From NCBI GenBank assembly GCA_034530615.2, contig JAVRCV020000049.1:253459-317458 (forward strand): a stretch of 64,000 bases of DNA, in the 5' to 3' direction. This document shows, in pieces, positions 41,828 through 53,001 of this stretch (its first letter is position 1; every line of letters begins with the position of its first letter). Origin of the DNA: Aulosira sp. ZfuVER01 (GTDB taxonomy: Bacteria; Cyanobacteriota; Cyanobacteriia; Cyanobacteriales; Nostocaceae). The notes below the pieces were generated by a model. It had not been told where the DNA came from, did not search any database, and saw only the letters and a program-made list of their open reading frames with translations. Both the position numbers and the translations under genes were made by a program.

Positions 41828-43303
41828 ATGAAATCAATTATGGTTGTGGGTACAACATCCCACGCAGGGAAATCACTGATAACTACAGCTATTTGTCGCA
41901 TTCTATCGCGGCGTGGCTGGCGAGTGGCTCCCTTTAAAGGTCAAAATATGGCTTTAAATGCTTATGTAACCGCTAGTGGTGGAGAAATTGGCTACGCCCA
42001 AGCGGTACAAGCCTGGGCGGCGGGAGTTGTACCTTGGGTAGAAATGAACCCAATTTTACTGAAGCCCCAAGGAGATATGACCTCCCAAGTCATTCTCAAA
42101 GGCAGACCTGTCGGTAAAGTTAGCGCGGTAGATTACTACGAGCAATATTTTGAACTGGGTTGGCGGACAATTGAAGAATCCCTACAGCATTTAGGCACAG
42201 AATTTGACCTGTTGGTTTGTGAAGGTGCCGGTAGCCCTGCGGAAATTAACCTCAAGCACCGCGATTTAACCAATATGCGGGTAGCAAAATATTTGAATGC
42301 ACCAACTATACTCGTAGTTGATATTGACCGGGGTGGTGCATTTGCCCATGTAATTGGCACTCTAGAGTTATTAGACCAGGAAGAACGGGACTTAATTAAA
42401 GGTGTTGTAATCAACAAGTTCCGCGGACAGCGATCCATCTTAGAACCGGGAATAAAATGGTTAGAAGCCCGGACTGGTATCCCTGTAATTGGTGTGATCC
42501 CTTACTTGGAACATATGTTTCCGGCTGAAGATTCTCTCGATTTGTTGGAGAGAAAATCCCATAAAAGCCAAGCTGACCTTGATATTGCAGTCCTCCGCTT
42601 ACCGAGAATTGCCAACTTTACTGACTTCGATCCACTGGAATCAGAACCTACGGTATCAGTAAGATACTTAAGCCCTAAGCAAGAATTAGGTCATCCAGAT
42701 GCAGTAATTATCCCAGGCACAAAGACGACAATTGCTGATTTGATACTGCTACAAAAAAGCGGTATGGCAGAAGCGATCCAAAACTATGCTGCTTCTGGTG
42801 GGACAGTTTTAGGCATCTGCGGCGGCTACCAAATGCTAGGTCAGATGATAGCCGATCCAGAGGGGATAGAGGGACAAGCTGGCAGATATCAGGGGCTAAA
42901 TTTATTACCTATTAGAACTGTAATTACCGGACAGAAAATCGCCCGTCAGCGCCAAGTTAGCTCAAACTTCCCACAAATGGGTTTACCAGTCTATGGCTTT
43001 GAAATCCATCAAGGGCGATCGCGTATTGAACAGCAAGCAGATAGCCAAGCCTTCCAACCGCTGTTTGATGATGTTAATTTAGGGTTGGTGGATAGTTGTC
43101 AATCAGTTTGGGGTACTTATCTCCACGGAATCTTTGACAATGGCCCTTGGAGACGTGCTTGGTTAAATCGCCTACGTCAACAACGGGGTTTAAAATCTCT
43201 ACCTACGGGTGTCGCTAATTACCGAGAACAGCGAGAGCATACTTTAGATTCCCTCGCCACTGAAATTGAAAACCATTTAGACTTAACGCCCTTTTTGTCC
43301 TAG
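41828..43303 (+). CDS. cobQ: Cobyric acid synthase
   Basis: GTTSHAGKS, PFKGQNMALN, EGAGSPAEINL, GICGGYQMLG, GTYLHGIF. Confidence 0.95.
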   Translation: MKSIMVVGTTSHAGKSLITTAICRILSRRGWRVAPFKGQNMALNAYVTASGGEIGYAQAVQAWAAGVVPWVEMNPILLKPQGDMTSQVILKGRPVGKVSAVDYYEQYFELGWRTIEESLQHLGTEFDLLVCEGAGSPAEINLKHRDLTNMRVAKYLNAPTILVVDIDRGGAFAHVIGTLELLDQEERDLIKGVVINKFRGQRSILEPGIKWLEARTGIPVIGVIPYLEHMFPAEDSLDLLERKSHKSQADLDIAVLRLPRIANFTDFDPLESEPTVSVRYLSPKQELGHPDAVIIPGTKTTIADLILLQKSGMAEAIQNYAASGGTVLGICGGYQMLGQMIADPEGIEGQAGRYQGLNLLPIRTVITGQKIARQRQVSSNFPQMGLPVYGFEIHQGRSRIEQQADSQAFQPLFDDVNLGLVDSCQSVWGTYLHGIFDNGPWRRAWLNRLRQQRGLKSLPTGVANYREQREHTLDSLATEIENHLDLTPFLS

Positions 43304-43318
43304 GGAGGTTGCTATTTC

Positions 43319-43558
43319 ATGAGTGTTCGCGTCCAGTTTTTACCAGATGATGTCACAGTTAATGCGGAAGTCGGAGAAGCCCTTTTAGAAGTCGCAGATC
43401 GGGCGGGGATATTTATCCCCACTGGCTGTCTTATGGGGACTTGTCACGCTTGTACTGTGGAATTAGAGGATGGAGATACTATCCGTGCTTGTATCACAGC
43501 CGTCCCACCTGGACGCGAACAATTAACGATTAATCTGTTTAGCGATCCAACTTGGTAA
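43319..43558 (+). CDS. 2Fe-2S ferredoxin-like protein
   Basis: CLMGTCHAC...RAC. Confidence 0.88.
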   Translation: MSVRVQFLPDDVTVNAEVGEALLEVADRAGIFIPTGCLMGTCHACTVELEDGDTIRACITAVPPGREQLTINLFSDPTW

Positions 43559-43726
43559 TGGTCATCCTAATTTGACATTTGACAAACCCAAAAAATCCTT
43601 AAATTGTCACACATCCTGTAACAGTTGACTGAGTGTAGCAGTTACGGTGTCGATCGCTAAATTTCTTTACTCAGATGCTCTTGATGTCTGCATTGGGAAT
43701 TAAGTAACCCCGCAAAATTAATTACA

Positions 43727-44008
43727 GTCATTGCGAGCGAAGCGTTCCCGAAAGGTAAGCTAGGGTAGGTAGCCGCTCCGCGTTTACAACATAGTGCAAA
43801 AGTCCGGAGTACAATTCTTTTGACCTTTGAACGCCAGTTGCTACCCTGCGGGAAGCCCTTACGGGTTCGCCAGTTCCTTTATGCCGGCGGCAGTCCGCAC
43901 AACGGGGGGAACCCCCGCAAGCGGCTGCCTTGGGAACCCGTCCACCGGACTGGCTCACCGCCTCCGGCGTCTACAAGTCGGGGAACCCGTCTAACGCAGT
44001 GGCTCCCC
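43727..44008. repeat. Nested GC-rich small dispersed repeat (SDR/REP-like) complex
   Basis: The hairpin element seen intact at ~38993 is split here by successive internal hairpin inserts. Confidence 0.75.
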
Positions 44009-44338
44009 AACACACTAGCTCCTTTTGACTTTTGCTCAGGGGTACTAGTACCTCATCATTTTGTTATTTAAATAGCAAATTTGCCGATAGATTATGTTTA
44101 TTCTCTTTATAATCAGATTAAAATTTTGATTTCTACATCATAACATCACAGTATTTTCTATTTTTTGATAAAAATTGATACGCTCTTAGACTCCAGGCAA
44201 TTTATTAGTTATGTTACTAAATTTCTAAACGTTATCTACCTAATTTTCCAGTATTTCTGATAAAAGTTGCTGACCCTGAACTGTTAACTCAAACTAATTA
44301 ATATATAAATATATAATCCTCTCAGTTCAGGATATACT

Positions 44339-44842
44339 ATGCCAAAACGAATTATTGTAGAGCTAAATAATTGGTTACAGAGAGATAGAATTGTACGTAA
44401 TTTAGAGATTTTTCAAGACTTTATTATTATTTCTCTGTGCCTTGGCTTATTCTGTGTGATGCTCATCCGCTTAACAGATATGTTTTTTTCGTTTTTGCAT
44501 CCCTTAGATTTACGGGAAGTAACATCTGATATCTTGTTTATTTTGATTCTGGTAGAGTTATTTCGCTTGTTAATTGATTATCTACAAGCACAGCAAATAT
44601 CTGTAGGAGCAGCAGTCGAAATTACTATTGTTTCTGCTTTACGAGAAGTAATTTTACGTGGTGTACTTGAAATTCCTCGCGATCAAATTATGGGGATTTC
44701 AGTATTTTTAGTAGTTTTAGCAGGAATTCTTGTTGCTTTACCTTGGATGTCTCGCTTTTTTGAGCATATTAGGGTTACAAAATCAGAAACAACAGAGGCA
44801 ATAACACAATTATTAGCAGATCAACCTCTTCCTTCTGATTAG
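44339..44842 (+). CDS. PsiE (phosphate-starvation-inducible E)-like membrane protein
   Basis: DILFILILVELFRLL..YL...VEITIVSALREVI. Confidence 0.82.
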   Translation: MPKRIIVELNNWLQRDRIVRNLEIFQDFIIISLCLGLFCVMLIRLTDMFFSFLHPLDLREVTSDILFILILVELFRLLIDYLQAQQISVGAAVEITIVSALREVILRGVLEIPRDQIMGISVFLVVLAGILVALPWMSRFFEHIRVTKSETTEAITQLLADQPLPSD

Positions 44843-45327
44843 TTTAATCACAACAACTGCTGTAATACTATTTTTCTAAAATCTGGCGATAAATCAATCT
44901 CTACGTCCTTTTTCAGAAAGCTTAGTCGCCAGATTTAGGAAACCCTATCAAATATAAATCCTATATTTTTTATATAATTTCTAAATATTTCAATGTTAAG
45001 CTAGAATGTTTTGTCGTATACAAAGTTAATTAATATTTATCATGCTCTGCAAGTTAGGTGCTAACTTTGCACCTGGTTGATTAATCTTTACATTTCTTGC
45101 AAGATAGCCTTTGAAATTACTAGAGAAATCAATGAAGTATGGATATTCTCAAAATGTTACTTGAGTACAATTTTTGGGAACCATTGAATATGAGGCGTAG
45201 CTGAATTAGCGTTATTTCACATCTGGGGTGTGAAAATACTTCTGAGCTAACGCCTAGTTAGTTATGGCAGATCGTGATGTCTGCTGATTTTTACTAATTA
45301 AGTAGGTTAGCTACTTGAATAAAATTT

Positions 45328-47703
45328 ATGCAACAAAATTCTATTCAAAAGATATTTAAATTTATCCCCGATCGCACGGTATTAATAGCCTTAATTATTC
45401 TTCCTATTGTTCACTTTTGTCTTGGTAAGTTATCAGCAACAATCGCTTTTCAAGATGGAACAGCGCCAATTTGGCCAACAACAGGTGTTTATTTAGGTAC
45501 TATCCTAGTGCTGGGATACCGTATTTGGCCCGCTATTCTTCTGAGTGAATTAATTGCTAATTTTTTAATTTTTTATCAAAATAACGTTATCAGCAGTATT
45601 CTCATCTCCTTGATCGACCTGAGCGATCCGTTAATGATGGCTTTGTTGATCAATCGCTTTATCGGTCGTCGCAATTTGTTGGAGAGGGCGCAGGATGTTT
45701 TCAAATTTGTAGTGCTGATTGTGCCTTATCCTGTAATTAGCTCTACTGTTGCCATTACTGGACTCTGTTTAAGTGGTAGTACCCCTTGGACAGAATATGG
45801 AAATGTCTGGCGGGCTTGGTTAACAGCAGTTCTTGCTGGTACATTGATCGTTACACCAGTAGTCCTAGCATGGTTACTAGAGCCAAAACAACAGCAAAGA
45901 TTTCAAAAACAACAAATTTTAGAGTTTGTACTGTTACTTTTATCGTTGATTGTCATCAGTCGGATAGCCTTTTGGGGCGGGTATCCAGTGGAATATATGA
46001 TGATTCCATTGTTGCTCTGGTCAGCTTTTAGGTTTGGACAACGGGAATCAACTTTGCTGGTGATTATTATCTCAGCGATCGCAGTTTTTGGAACAGCTCG
46101 TGGTTTTGGCTCCTTTGCGAAAGAATCAGTATACCAATCTCTTTTGTTACTGCAATCTTTTATTTGTGTTGTTGCCTTAATGACATTTGTAATCTCCGCT
46201 TTACTCAACGAAAATAGGAAAGCACAAGCAAAACTCAAACAAGCAAAAGATGAATTAGAACAACGGGTAGAAGAGCGCACTGCTGAACTTAAAGCAGCTA
46301 AAATTGTGGCTGACAGTGCAAGCCAAGCCAAAAGCGAATTCTTGGCAAACATGAGCCATGAACTGCGTACTCCTCTCAACGGTATCCTTGGCTATGCACA
46401 AATCTTTCAACGCTCCCAAACTTTAACAGAGAAGGAACACAAAGGTATTGATATCATTCATCAGTGTGCTTCTCACCTACTGACACTGATTAACGATATC
46501 CTTGACCTCTCAAAAATTGAAGCGAGGAAGATGGAACTTTATCCAAAAGATTTTCCCTTTCTCAACTTCCTGCAAGGTGTGGTGGAAATTTGCCGCATTC
46601 GAGCTGAACAAAAGGGAATTTACTTCATTTATCAGCCAAGTCAACAACTTCCTCGAAACATCTGTGCTGATGAAAAACGCCTACGACAAGTTTTGATTAA
46701 CATCTTGGGTAATGCAATTAAGTTTACCGATCGCGGTGGCGTTACTTTTAAAGTTGAGGTTGTAGGCGATCGCCTACAACACCTGCAAAAAATTCGCTTT
46801 CAAATTGCAGACACTGGCGTAGGTATGACTCCCCAACAACTAGAAAAAATCTTCCGTCCCTTTGAGCAAGTTGGTAGCGTTGAACAGCAAGCAGAAGGTA
46901 CAGGGTTAGGGTTAGCTATTAGCCAAAAGGTTGTAGCTTTAATGGGCACCACAATTAATGTACAAAGCCAATATCAGGAAGGTAGCATTTTCTGGTTTGA
47001 AGTAGAGCTAGCTGAAACTGATGAATGGACACAAGCACCTACGATTGCTCACAAAAGTACGATTGTCGGCTTTCAAGGCGAAACCAAGAAAATCTTGATT
47101 GTGGACGATCGTTGGGAAAATCGTTCGGTGGTAGTGAATTTACTCGAACCCATCGGCTTTGAAATTTTTGAAGCCAGCAACGGTAAAGAAGGTTTAGAGC
47201 AAGCTAGCAAACTTCTGCCAGACTTGATAATTACCGATTTAGCAATGCCTGTAATGGATGGGTTAACAATGACTCAACACCTACGCCAGTCAAAAGATAC
47301 ACAAAATGCGATCGTCATCAGTTCTTCGGCTAGTGTATTTGACATCGATCGCCAAAAAGCTTTAGACGCTGGATGCAATGATTTCCTGCCTAAACCCATA
47401 CAAGCCCAAGAGTTGCTGGATACATTAGAAAAGCATTTGCAATTGAAATGGATTTATGAACATGAAAATCAAAAAGTTTCAGCCTCGGCTACAGAAATGG
47501 TTATACCGCCCTCATCTGAACTCATGGTGCTTTATCAAGCTGTTCAACGCTGTGATGTTGCCAATATCCAATTAGAAGCTAACCGCATCAAGCAATTAGA
47601 TCCAAAGTATACGGCTTTTGCTGATAAGTTATTGGCACTTGCTGACGAGTTTGAAGTAGAAGCGATCGCTGCCTTAGTTGAAACATATATATCAAATAAC
47701 TAA
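45328..47703 (+). CDS. MASE1-sensor hybrid histidine kinase
   Basis: MASE1 (PIWPTTG), [26 protein letters not shown] and a receiver domain. Confidence 0.92.
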   Translation: MQQNSIQKIFKFIPDRTVLIALIILPIVHFCLGKLSATIAFQDGTAPIWPTTGVYLGTILVLGYRIWPAILLSELIANFLIFYQNNVISSILISLIDLSDPLMMALLINRFIGRRNLLERAQDVFKFVVLIVPYPVISSTVAITGLCLSGSTPWTEYGNVWRAWLTAVLAGTLIVTPVVLAWLLEPKQQQRFQKQQILEFVLLLLSLIVISRIAFWGGYPVEYMMIPLLLWSAFRFGQRESTLLVIIISAIAVFGTARGFGSFAKESVYQSLLLLQSFICVVALMTFVISALLNENRKAQAKLKQAKDELEQRVEERTAELKAAKIVADSASQAKSEFLANMSHELRTPLNGILGYAQIFQRSQTLTEKEHKGIDIIHQCASHLLTLINDILDLSKIEARKMELYPKDFPFLNFLQGVVEICRIRAEQKGIYFIYQPSQQLPRNICADEKRLRQVLINILGNAIKFTDRGGVTFKVEVVGDRLQHLQKIRFQIADTGVGMTPQQLEKIFRPFEQVGSVEQQAEGTGLGLAISQKVVALMGTTINVQSQYQEGSIFWFEVELAETDEWTQAPTIAHKSTIVGFQGETKKILIVDDRWENRSVVVNLLEPIGFEIFEASNGKEGLEQASKLLPDLIITDLAMPVMDGLTMTQHLRQSKDTQNAIVISSSASVFDIDRQKALDAGCNDFLPKPIQAQELLDTLEKHLQLKWIYEHENQKVSASATEMVIPPSSELMVLYQAVQRCDVANIQLEANRIKQLDPKYTAFADKLLALADEFEVEAIAALVETYISNN

Positions 47704-47919
47704 ATAGGCAAGAGTCAATAGTCAATGGTCAAGAATAATTTTGGATTCCTTATATCCCTTCTTTTTTATTGAGACTGCTATCTGTTTGAAATTAATGATA
47801 AATCATAAAAAAACAAACTATGTTGGTAAATGTAAATCCCATTAAAATCCTTACTAATGACAAATTGACAAATGACAACTTCCGTTAGTTATCTTTAATT
47901 AAGCCGACCTAGTTAAATT

Positions 47920-49242
47920 ATGAAAACTGTTAAAAAAAATTCTGTTTTAATTGTTGACGATACTCCAATGAATATCCGGTTGCTATTTGATATTTTACAC
48001 GCAGATGGCTTCGATATTTCAGTTGTTAAGAGCGGTGAAATGGCATTAGAAAAAGTGCCTATAATTCAGCCAGATCTGATTTTGTTAGATGTGATGATGA
48101 CTGGTATTGATGGATTTGAAACCTGCCGTTGCTTGAAAGCAGATGCAAGCCTCAAAGATATTCCCATAATGTTTATGACTGCACTATCTGATGTAGAGCA
48201 TAAAGTCAAAGGGTTACAAATGGGAGCAGTAGATTACATCACCAAACCCATTCAAGTGGAAGAAGTTCTAGCTCGTGTTCATGTTCACTTAGCATTGAGA
48301 AATGCCCAACAAGAATTACTTCAAGAAGTAACTGAACGCAGACAAGCAGAAACTAAACTACAGAAAACACTCCAAGAATTACAACAAGCCCAAACCCAGC
48401 TTGTACAGAGTGAGAAAATGTCTAGTCTGGGTGAATTGGTAGCAGGGGTAGCCCATGAAATTAACAACCCAGTTAATTTTATCTATGGCAACCTCAACTA
48501 TGCTCAAGAATATATTGATGACTTACTCAGAATAGTAAAAGTTTATCAACAATATTACCCAAATCCTGTTTCTGAAGTTCAGGAAGAAATAGAAGTAAAC
48601 GATCTAAATTACCTCATAGAGGACTTACCAAAATTACTTGAATCAATGAAAATCGGGGCAAAACGTATTCGAGATATTGTCCTTTCTTTGCGAATTTTCT
48701 CCCGCTTAGATGAAGCTGAAATAAAAGATGTTGATATCCATGAGGGTATTGATAGTACACTGATGATCCTGGGACATCGAATTAAAGGTAAGCCTGGTAA
48801 TTCTTTTGGTATTCAGATTATTAAAGAATATGGCAACCTGCCCCTGGTAGAGTGTTTTGCTGGGCAAATCAATCAGGTATTCATGAATATTATTAGTAAT
48901 GCTATTGATGCTTTGGAAGAATCATCAGTCAGTTGTCCATTGTTAACTGTCAATAGACAACTGAATGAAAATCCCACAATTCGGATTCACACTGAAGCAA
49001 CAGACAAACAAGTTTTAATCCGTATTGCTGATAATGGACAAGGAATACCAAAAGGTCTTGAGAAAAAGATATTTGACCCCTTTTTTACAACTAAACCTGT
49101 TGGTGTAGGCACTGGCATGGGATTGGCAATTAGTTATCAAATTATCAAAGAAAAGCATGGCGGTTCATTGGAATGTGTAGTGCTGCCAGAAGGTGGTACT
49201 GAGTTTGTGATTTCGATTCCCAAAACTTTAAATTTGTCATAA
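47920..49242 (+). CDS. Receiver-histidine kinase hybrid
   Basis: N-terminal REC (LIVDD, LLDVMM, TKP), AGVAHEINNP, DNGQG, FFTTKPVG.GTGMGL. Confidence 0.92.
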   Translation: MKTVKKNSVLIVDDTPMNIRLLFDILHADGFDISVVKSGEMALEKVPIIQPDLILLDVMMTGIDGFETCRCLKADASLKDIPIMFMTALSDVEHKVKGLQMGAVDYITKPIQVEEVLARVHVHLALRNAQQELLQEVTERRQAETKLQKTLQELQQAQTQLVQSEKMSSLGELVAGVAHEINNPVNFIYGNLNYAQEYIDDLLRIVKVYQQYYPNPVSEVQEEIEVNDLNYLIEDLPKLLESMKIGAKRIRDIVLSLRIFSRLDEAEIKDVDIHEGIDSTLMILGHRIKGKPGNSFGIQIIKEYGNLPLVECFAGQINQVFMNIISNAIDALEESSVSCPLLTVNRQLNENPTIRIHTEATDKQVLIRIADNGQGIPKGLEKKIFDPFFTTKPVGVGTGMGLAISYQIIKEKHGGSLECVVLPEGGTEFVISIPKTLNLS

Positions 49243-49364
49243 AATTCCAGTTTCTATATCAATTCAAATAATATTTGAGATACATAAAGTTTTCTTTAGG
49301 AAACAACAATATTGTTTCCCTATCTATCGGGCGCATTCTTTCTTTAAATTGGTATTATCTTGGT

Positions 49365-51218
49365 TTATTCCATTAACATCAAGCGTAGGGTATCTAAACG
49401 CACATACCAAGGAAAAGGCTGGTCTTTCATAGTTATCCATTTTTCTTTGAAAACTTCTGCTTGTAAATGGTAATCGTGAGGGTTAGTAGCAGGAGAATGC
49501 AGTTTTAAAAACAAAGTCATTCGATGGGGTGTTTCACTAGTTCTTACTAACCAGCAAGGAAATGTATTTTCTTGGTTGGAGTCTTTGGTAAATACGATCT
49601 GATGGGCACGAATACCAACGAAAGATAATTCATGAGGGATTGGTTCGGTCACTTGAAGGGTACAACCCCAATCAATTGCTTCTACTTGTGATGGTTGCAA
49701 AAGTACTGCACGGGAAAAGTTTTTGCAACCGGTGATTTGAGCAACACTTACAGTTAAAGGATGCTCAAAAATATCGTATTTGGAATCATGTTGAACTACT
49801 CTACCATGCTCTAATACCAACAAATTAGGACAAATGCGGTAAGCTTCTTCCATATTATGGGTAACAAACAAAGCTACACCTTGGTAGTTAGCTAGAGTTT
49901 CAGTCATTTGTTGTTCAAGTTGACTCCGTAGGTGAGTATCGAGTGCAGAGAAAGGTTCATCTAAAAGTAATACTTCCGGCTGACTAGCTAACGCCCTTGC
50001 TAAAGCTACTCTTTGCTGCTGTCCCCCAGAAAGTTGGTGTGGATAGCGATCGCTGAAGGTGTTGGCGAAGCGATCGCCTAATCCTTGTAGCTGCATAGCT
50101 AATAATTGCTCTTCTACTTGCACGCGGATACTGCCGTTAGATAGTCCTTTGGGTAAACCAAAAGCAATATTTTCTGCCACAGTCATGTGAGGAAACAGCG
50201 CATAATTCTGCACTAAAAAACCGATGCGGCGATCGCGGCTAGGCAGATTAATTCCTTTTTCTGAATCAAACAGGACTCTCCCATTTAAAACTATGCGTCC
50301 TTTAGTTGGTGTCTCTATCCCGGTAATACAACGCAGAATCATGCTTTTACCTGCACCAGATCCGCCCAACAATCCCAAAGGTTGCCGATCGGTATTGAAG
50401 CTAACTTTCAGATGAAAACTCGGCAGTCGTTTTTCAATATCCACAAATAGCCCCACTGAGGAGGATGGCGTGTACAACAGAGATGATTCACTCCCTTGTC
50501 CCCCCTGTCCCCCTTGTCTCCCTTGTCTTCCTTGCCTTCCTTGTCTCCCCTGTCCCCCAATCCCCCTAACTTCCTGCCAGAAATTGACTGCAATAATTCC
50601 CGATAGAGAAATTACCATAATTGCGATCGCCCAAAACCAGGCCTCTTCCATCGCACCTGCTTCGACAGCAAAGTAAATCGCCATTGGGATTGTCTGCGTT
50701 TGTCCAGGGATGTTACCAGCTAACATCAAAGTTGCACCGAATTCTCCCAAAGCACGGGCAAAAGTAAGAGTTGTGGCGGCGATAATTCCAGGTAGTGCTA
50801 AGGGTAAACTGATGCGCCAAAAAATAGTTCTTTCCGTAGCACCCAGAGTTTTCGCTACTCGCAGTAGATTTCTATCAATCTGTTCAAAGGCTCCTAGTGC
50901 AGTTTTATACATTAGCGGGAAAGATACAACTGTCGCTGCGATCGCTGCACCATACCAAGTAAAGACGATGGTGAAGTCAAACTGCTGCATGAGTTTCCCT
51001 ACAGGGCCATTTTTACCAAAAAATAGGAGTAACAAAAAGCCCACAACTGTAGGCGGTAAAATTAGAGGCGCAATAAATATACCCTCAATTAAAGATTTAC
51101 CTTTACCGCGATATTCCAACATCCAATATGCAGCGGCAATGCCTACAAAAAAAGTGATGAAGGTTGCTAATAAAGAAGTTTTCAGTGATATCCAAAGAGG
51201 GGATAAATCTTGAGGCAT
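49365..51218 (-). CDS. modBC: Fused molybdate ABC permease/ATPase
   Basis: PLILPPTVVG and FARALGEFGAT (ModB). GGSGAGKS, LSGGQQQR and LLLDEPF (ModC). Confidence 0.92.
   Translation of the reverse strand: MPQDLSPLWISLKTSLLATFITFFVGIAAAYWMLEYRGKGKSLIEGIFIAPLILPPTVVGFLLLLFFGKNGPVGKLMQQFDFTIVFTWYGAAIAATVVSFPLMYKTALGAFEQIDRNLLRVAKTLGATERTIFWRISLPLALPGIIAATTLTFARALGEFGATLMLAGNIPGQTQTIPMAIYFAVEAGAMEEAWFWAIAIMVISLSGIIAVNFWQEVRGIGGQGRQGRQGRQGRQGGQGGQGSESSLLYTPSSSVGLFVDIEKRLPSFHLKVSFNTDRQPLGLLGGSGAGKSMILRCITGIETPTKGRIVLNGRVLFDSEKGINLPSRDRRIGFLVQNYALFPHMTVAENIAFGLPKGLSNGSIRVQVEEQLLAMQLQGLGDRFANTFSDRYPHQLSGGQQQRVALARALASQPEVLLLDEPFSALDTHLRSQLEQQMTETLANYQGVALFVTHNMEEAYRICPNLLVLEHGRVVQHDSKYDIFEHPLTVSVAQITGCKNFSRAVLLQPSQVEAIDWGCTLQVTEPIPHELSFVGIRAHQIVFTKDSNQENTFPCWLVRTSETPHRMTLFLKLHSPATNPHDYHLQAEVFKEKWITMKDQPFPWYVRLDTLRLMLME
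50046..50077. repeat. 24-bp in-frame insertion bounded by duplicated HIP1
   Basis: GCGATCGC-tgaaggtgttggcgaa-GCGATCGC. Confidence 0.75.
50493..50566. repeat. 9-bp tandem repeat in the ModB-ModC linker
   Basis: Encodes GGQGRQGRQGRQGRQGGQGGQG. Confidence 0.85.
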
Positions 51219-51312
51219 AGCTGTTTGTGGAGAAATTTACTAGAGGGTAGAGTTGTAGATTGATATAAAGCGCTAAAGTGCTTCCTACATAAAGTTCACA
51301 ATTCCTCTTTGT

Positions 51313-52110
51313 TCAACTTCCAGCTAGACTGAAACCCTGTTTTTCAAATATACTTTTGGCTGCATTTCTCGATAAAAATTGCACAAAATTCTTGGCAGCA
51401 TCAATATGCTTACTGCTTTTAAGTACAGCGATGGGGTAGACAATTGGGGAATGACTATTTTCAGGTGCAGTTGCTACAACTTTTACTTTTTGAGTGCTTT
51501 TCGCATCTGAAAGGTAAACTATCCCAGCATCAGTATTGCCAGACTCTACATAATTAAGGGCTTGACGAACGTCTTTAGCATAGACTGCTTTATTTTTAAT
51601 TTGGTCAGCAATTTTTAATGAAGTGAGAACTTGTTGAGCATATTGTCCGGCTGGTACACTCTTGGGTTCTCCTAAAGCAATTTTCTTAATGCGTGGGGAA
51701 GCCAAATCTTGGAAATCTTTTATATCATTAGAACTTTGAGGCACAATTAAGACTAATTTATTTTTCAATAAGCCTTTGCGGGTGTCATCAACTAACAAAC
51801 CTTTTTGCTTTAAGGCATCCATCTGCTTATTTGCTGCGGAGATAAAAATGTCAACTCCTGCACCTTGTTCAATCTGTTGTTGCAAAGCACCTGATGAACC
51901 AAAGTTATAGGTGAGTTTAACTGTTGGCTGCTCTTTGCTGTAAAGAGGCTTGATTTCGTCCATTGCATCTTTTAAGCTAGCGGCAGCGGATATAGTCAAA
52001 CTTACCGCTTGGGCTGTAGAGTTAGGCGTACTCGTCTGATTGCAGGCGATGAATAGTACCAACGAAGCCAGCACCCAACTGACAAAAGCCAAGATACGTT
52101 TACTACGCAT
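51313..52110 (-). CDS. modA: Molybdate ABC transporter substrate-binding lipoprotein
   Basis: SAAASL, FGSSG.LQQQIEQGA..DIFISA, P.SVPAG.YA, DAGIVY.SD. Confidence 0.93.
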   Translation of the reverse strand: MRSKRILAFVSWVLASLVLFIACNQTSTPNSTAQAVSLTISAAASLKDAMDEIKPLYSKEQPTVKLTYNFGSSGALQQQIEQGAGVDIFISAANKQMDALKQKGLLVDDTRKGLLKNKLVLIVPQSSNDIKDFQDLASPRIKKIALGEPKSVPAGQYAQQVLTSLKIADQIKNKAVYAKDVRQALNYVESGNTDAGIVYLSDAKSTQKVKVVATAPENSHSPIVYPIAVLKSSKHIDAAKNFVQFLSRNAAKSIFEKQGFSLAGS

Positions 52111-52382
52111 TTACAGTATCTCTAGGTTTTTTGATTTATTAGTTCATAATTTACCAACTAATAGTCCCAAAAAGTTGGTACAAACCTGGGAATTACTGAA
52201 TAGTCAAGGAATCCTCACATTGGGAGATCGGGTCAAAACGATGATTACCTAATTTTAAAGTGCGATCGCTTGTGGATTTTTGAAACGCAATTAAAAAGCG
52301 ATCGCACTCTTATCCCAACCCTTGAATGAGTAGGTGTTTCCGCTGATTTTCTGTAAGTTCAGAAATCAAATAAATTACTATA

Positions 52383-52823
52383 TCAAAATTGAGTGACAGT
52401 CACACTAATACCAGAATCAAGTTTAGGCACTTTTAAATATTCAATTGGTTCGCTGCTTCGAGGAGGCGGAGTTTGATTATTATTTAGCTGCTGACATTTC
52501 TCAAACGCAGCCCCTGGATTTTCCAAGAAATCCAAAGGATTCATTTTTTGACATCCTTGCTCCTGCACTACTGTAATTTTGGTGTTCGTGGGGATGAGAT
52601 TATTATTTGGTTGGATGATGACATTTTTCCAATCACTATTAATCGTTACAGGTTCTGTGAGTAAATTAGCTGCTTGATTCAAATCATCGGTGGTAGGTAA
52701 TATAACAGCAGGCACATTGGGTTTTATCCTTGTGGGTAATAGATTTTCTTGTTGAGCATAAGCACTGTTGTTTCCGGCGATCGCACTGATGATAACTAAC
52801 AATAATAAGAGCGAATATTTCAT
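52383..52823 (-). CDS. Exported hypothetical protein
   Basis: Signal peptide (AYAQ), Cys pair and C-terminal IEYLKVPKLDSG...F. Confidence 0.7.
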   Translation of the reverse strand: MKYSLLLLLVIISAIAGNNSAYAQQENLLPTRIKPNVPAVILPTTDDLNQAANLLTEPVTINSDWKNVIIQPNNNLIPTNTKITVVQEQGCQKMNPLDFLENPGAAFEKCQQLNNNQTPPPRSSEPIEYLKVPKLDSGISVTVTQF

Positions 52824-53001
52824 ACTTTAAACTCTCAAAAATTAATGGGAATTTATCTTAGTCTCTTTGTGGTAAAAGAATAATTTTTGCAATACAAAGA
52901 CACAGAGACACAAAGAAGAAATGTATTTCAGTATAGTTATAGCAAAAATAGCTCATATTAAGTAGAATAAAATCTTTTTGTAAAAATACAATACGATTAC
53001 T

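Noticed and set aside
43728..44071. 76-aa and 83-aa ORFs in the track
   Set aside because: They arise from GC-rich nested repeat DNA and are not credible proteins.
52111..52380. Moco riboswitch or ModE box upstream of modA
   Set aside because: No recognisable consensus. Only an inverted HIP1 pair is present.
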